Program-made: the position numbers and the translations under genes
Assembly: GCA_021813445.1 (NCBI GenBank)
Contig: JAKAKP010000140.1
Span: 1,280 to 65,279, forward strand
DNA length: 64,000 nt
Direction of reading: 5' to 3'
DNA from: Deltaproteobacteria bacterium
GTDB lineage: Bacteria > Desulfobacterota > Desulfobaccia > Desulfobaccales > 0-14-0-80-60-11
The notes under the pieces: generated by a model
Seen by the model: only the letters and a program-made list of their open reading frames with translations
Told to the model about the DNA's origin: nothing
The model's database searches: none
Shown: positions 62,608-64,000 of the stretch, piece by piece
How positions within the stretch are numbered: the stretch's first letter is position 1
Layout: every line of letters starts with the position of its first letter

Positions 62608-63318
62608 TCATTTCCCCTTCTTCGTCGCCAACTCCTCCATCACCGCCAGTTGAATCTGCTGGATCTCCAGCAGGCGCCGCCATTGCCGGGTCAGCAGCAG
62701 GTCCATCTTTTCGTTGAGATGGCGCACCTCCAGCTCCGCCTTGAGATTCACCCGGTAGTCGTATTCCGAGCGCAGGCGGTCTTTGGCGTCCTGGCGGTTC
62801 TGGCTCATGAGAATAATGGGGGCCTGGACCGCCGACATCATGGAAAAGACCAGGTTTAAAAAGATGAAAGGGTAGGGGTCGAAGGGACGAACAATCCAGA
62901 CATAGGAATTGACCGCGAACCATAAGCAGGTGAAAAAGAGGAAGGAGAGGATAAAGGCCCAACTGCCGCCCCAGGCCGCCACCTTGTCGGAGAGCCTCTC
63001 CCAAAAAGTCAGGTCCTGCTCAAAGGCCACGTTGATATTCCGGGACAGCAACTCATGCTCCTTTAAGCGATCCAGCAAGCCGGTTTGCAGGGTCTCGATC
63101 TCCCCGATTCCTTCCTTGAGCACTTCCTCCACGTATTTGCCCCGGAACCGGTTCAGGTCCTGGAGACAGATGTAGCCCCGGCTGGACCACTCCGGGCATT
63201 CTTCCCGGATGGTTTTCTCCACCCCCTCCCGGACCAATTCCCCGGGCCAGACTTCGTCCAGGGTTTTGGGCTGCCTGCAAATCTGGCAGGTCACCTGCGC
63301 GTTGGGTGCATTTTCCAT
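62608..63318 (-). CDS. DUF1003-domain membrane protein
   Basis: ...GSWAFILSFLFFTCLWFAVN...FDPYPFIFLNLVFSMMSAVQAPIILMSQNRQDAKDRLRSEYDYRVNLKAELE..., the conserved DUF1003 core. An N-terminal CxxC is present. Confidence 0.85.
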   Translation of the reverse strand: MENAPNAQVTCQICRQPKTLDEVWPGELVREGVEKTIREECPEWSSRGYICLQDLNRFRGKYVEEVLKEGIGEIETLQTGLLDRLKEHELLSRNINVAFEQDLTFWERLSDKVAAWGGSWAFILSFLFFTCLWFAVNSYVWIVRPFDPYPFIFLNLVFSMMSAVQAPIILMSQNRQDAKDRLRSEYDYRVNLKAELEVRHLNEKMDLLLTRQWRRLLEIQQIQLAVMEELATKKGK

Positions 63319-63506
63319 AACTACTTAACCTTTATGCATAAATCCTTAGTGGTGGTAGCAACTTGCCCCACTCCCTCACCAAAAATAAGACTGATTTGCA
63401 GTGAATCAAGGAATGCTGCTGAAGAAAGGGATTGGTGGGGGAGTACAGGGGATCGGGGAGTTCTGCCCCTCCCCCAACCCCTTGGAGGATGATACAATGT
63501 TAAGCA

Positions 63507-64000
63507 GTGAGAATCATTGCCCACCTGGATATGGATGCCTTTTTTGCGGCCATCGAGGAGCGGGACCATCCAGAACTCCGGGGCCTGCCCCTGGTCGTGG
63601 GCGCGGATCCGGCCCAGGGCAAAGGCCGGGGGGTGGTCTCCACCGCCAATTACGCGGCCCGGCGCTACGGCATCCATTCGGCGCTGCCCATCTCCATGGC
63701 CTGGCGGCTCTCCGAAAAGGCCCGGCAGCGGGGGGAGCCCGGCGCCGTCTTTTTGGGCGTCAATCACCGCCGCTACCGGGAGGTCTCGGAGCGGATCATG
63801 GCCCTGGTGCGCCGCCATGCCCCCCTGGTGGAAGAGGCGAGCATCGATGAAGCCTATTTCGATCTGAGCCGCGCCGGTTCTTTTGACCGGGCCGCGGCCA
63901 TCTGCCGGCAACTCAAACGGGAAATCCAGGACCAGGAGCGGCTCACCGCGTCCATCGGCCTGGGCCCCAACAAATTGGTGGCCAAGATCGCGTCCGATTT
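63507..64000 (+). CDS. dinB: DNA polymerase IV (Y-family), 5' part, continues beyond the window
   Basis: My translation from the GTG at 63507 is (M)RIIAHLDMDAFFAAIEERDHPELRGLPLVVG...RGVVSTANYAARRYGIHSALP...ASIDEAYFDL.... It is absent from the ORF track because no stop falls within the window. Confidence 0.9.
   Translation, partial: MRIIAHLDMDAFFAAIEERDHPELRGLPLVVGADPAQGKGRGVVSTANYAARRYGIHSALPISMAWRLSEKARQRGEPGAVFLGVNHRRYREVSERIMALVRRHAPLVEEASIDEAYFDLSRAGSFDRAAAICRQLKREIQDQERLTASIGLGPNKLVAKIASD

Overview
This is a 64-kb, high-GC bacterial chromosomal segment. One counted 60-nt core sample (60601-60660) has 47/60 G+C, and three short islands fall to about 15-21/60. The gene content suggests an anaerobic Desulfobacterota/deltaproteobacterium-like host, which is inference only. 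It includes a sigma-54 enhancer-binding regulator, 2-oxoacid:ferredoxin oxidoreductase, Tat-exported redox proteins, a NapH-like polyferredoxin and an archaemetzincin. I can support about 60 protein genes. I saw no rRNA, tRNA or CRISPR array. Many long ORFs in the supplied track are antisense shadows of real GC-rich genes or read-throughs of intergenic palindromic repeats. Left to right, the window contains the following. (1) A decayed mobile-DNA edge with a DUF4143 ATPase and an integrase 3' relic. (2) Envelope proteins and a LuxR-type two-component system. (3) The most interesting locus, 12.2-21.3 kb. It has a kinase with twin Rossmann-like modules and Cys-rich PAS domains, an NtrC-type activator and an archaemetzincin. 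These lie next to a sigma-54 promoter with shared upstream palindromes. That promoter drives three tandem zinc-ribbon/GcvH-fold paralogs (one split by a 1-nt frameshift), an SQR-type flavoprotein and a DUF1641 protein. (4) A mat-like (methyl)malonate cluster with a GntR regulator, YgfG-like decarboxylase, MFS transporter, LUD-domain protein and acyl-CoA synthetase. (5) An amino-acid dehydrogenase plus 2-oxoacid:ferredoxin oxidoreductase operon. Its beta-subunit gene is separated from the alpha gene by a 2.7-kb block carrying hicBA. (6) A Tat-AKR / polyferredoxin / Tat-DUF362 redox cluster. (7) A chain of CHASE2 cyclase, FecR-like protein, TPR-CHAT protease, TerC and a kinase-like/BON protein. 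(8) An AT-rich-bounded island with two secreted papain-fold cysteine peptidases. The two share an unusual ...IPxxxLLLN-COOH tail, and a duplicated 5' gene fragment lies upstream. (9) A CheY gene plus a partial ebo-like pair (DHQ-synthase-like and EboE-like TIM barrel). (10) An AT-rich island encoding a SET-domain protein. (11) A DUF1003 gene and the 5' part of dinB. Several families of nested-palindrome (REP/MITE-like) repeats fill the intergenic regions.
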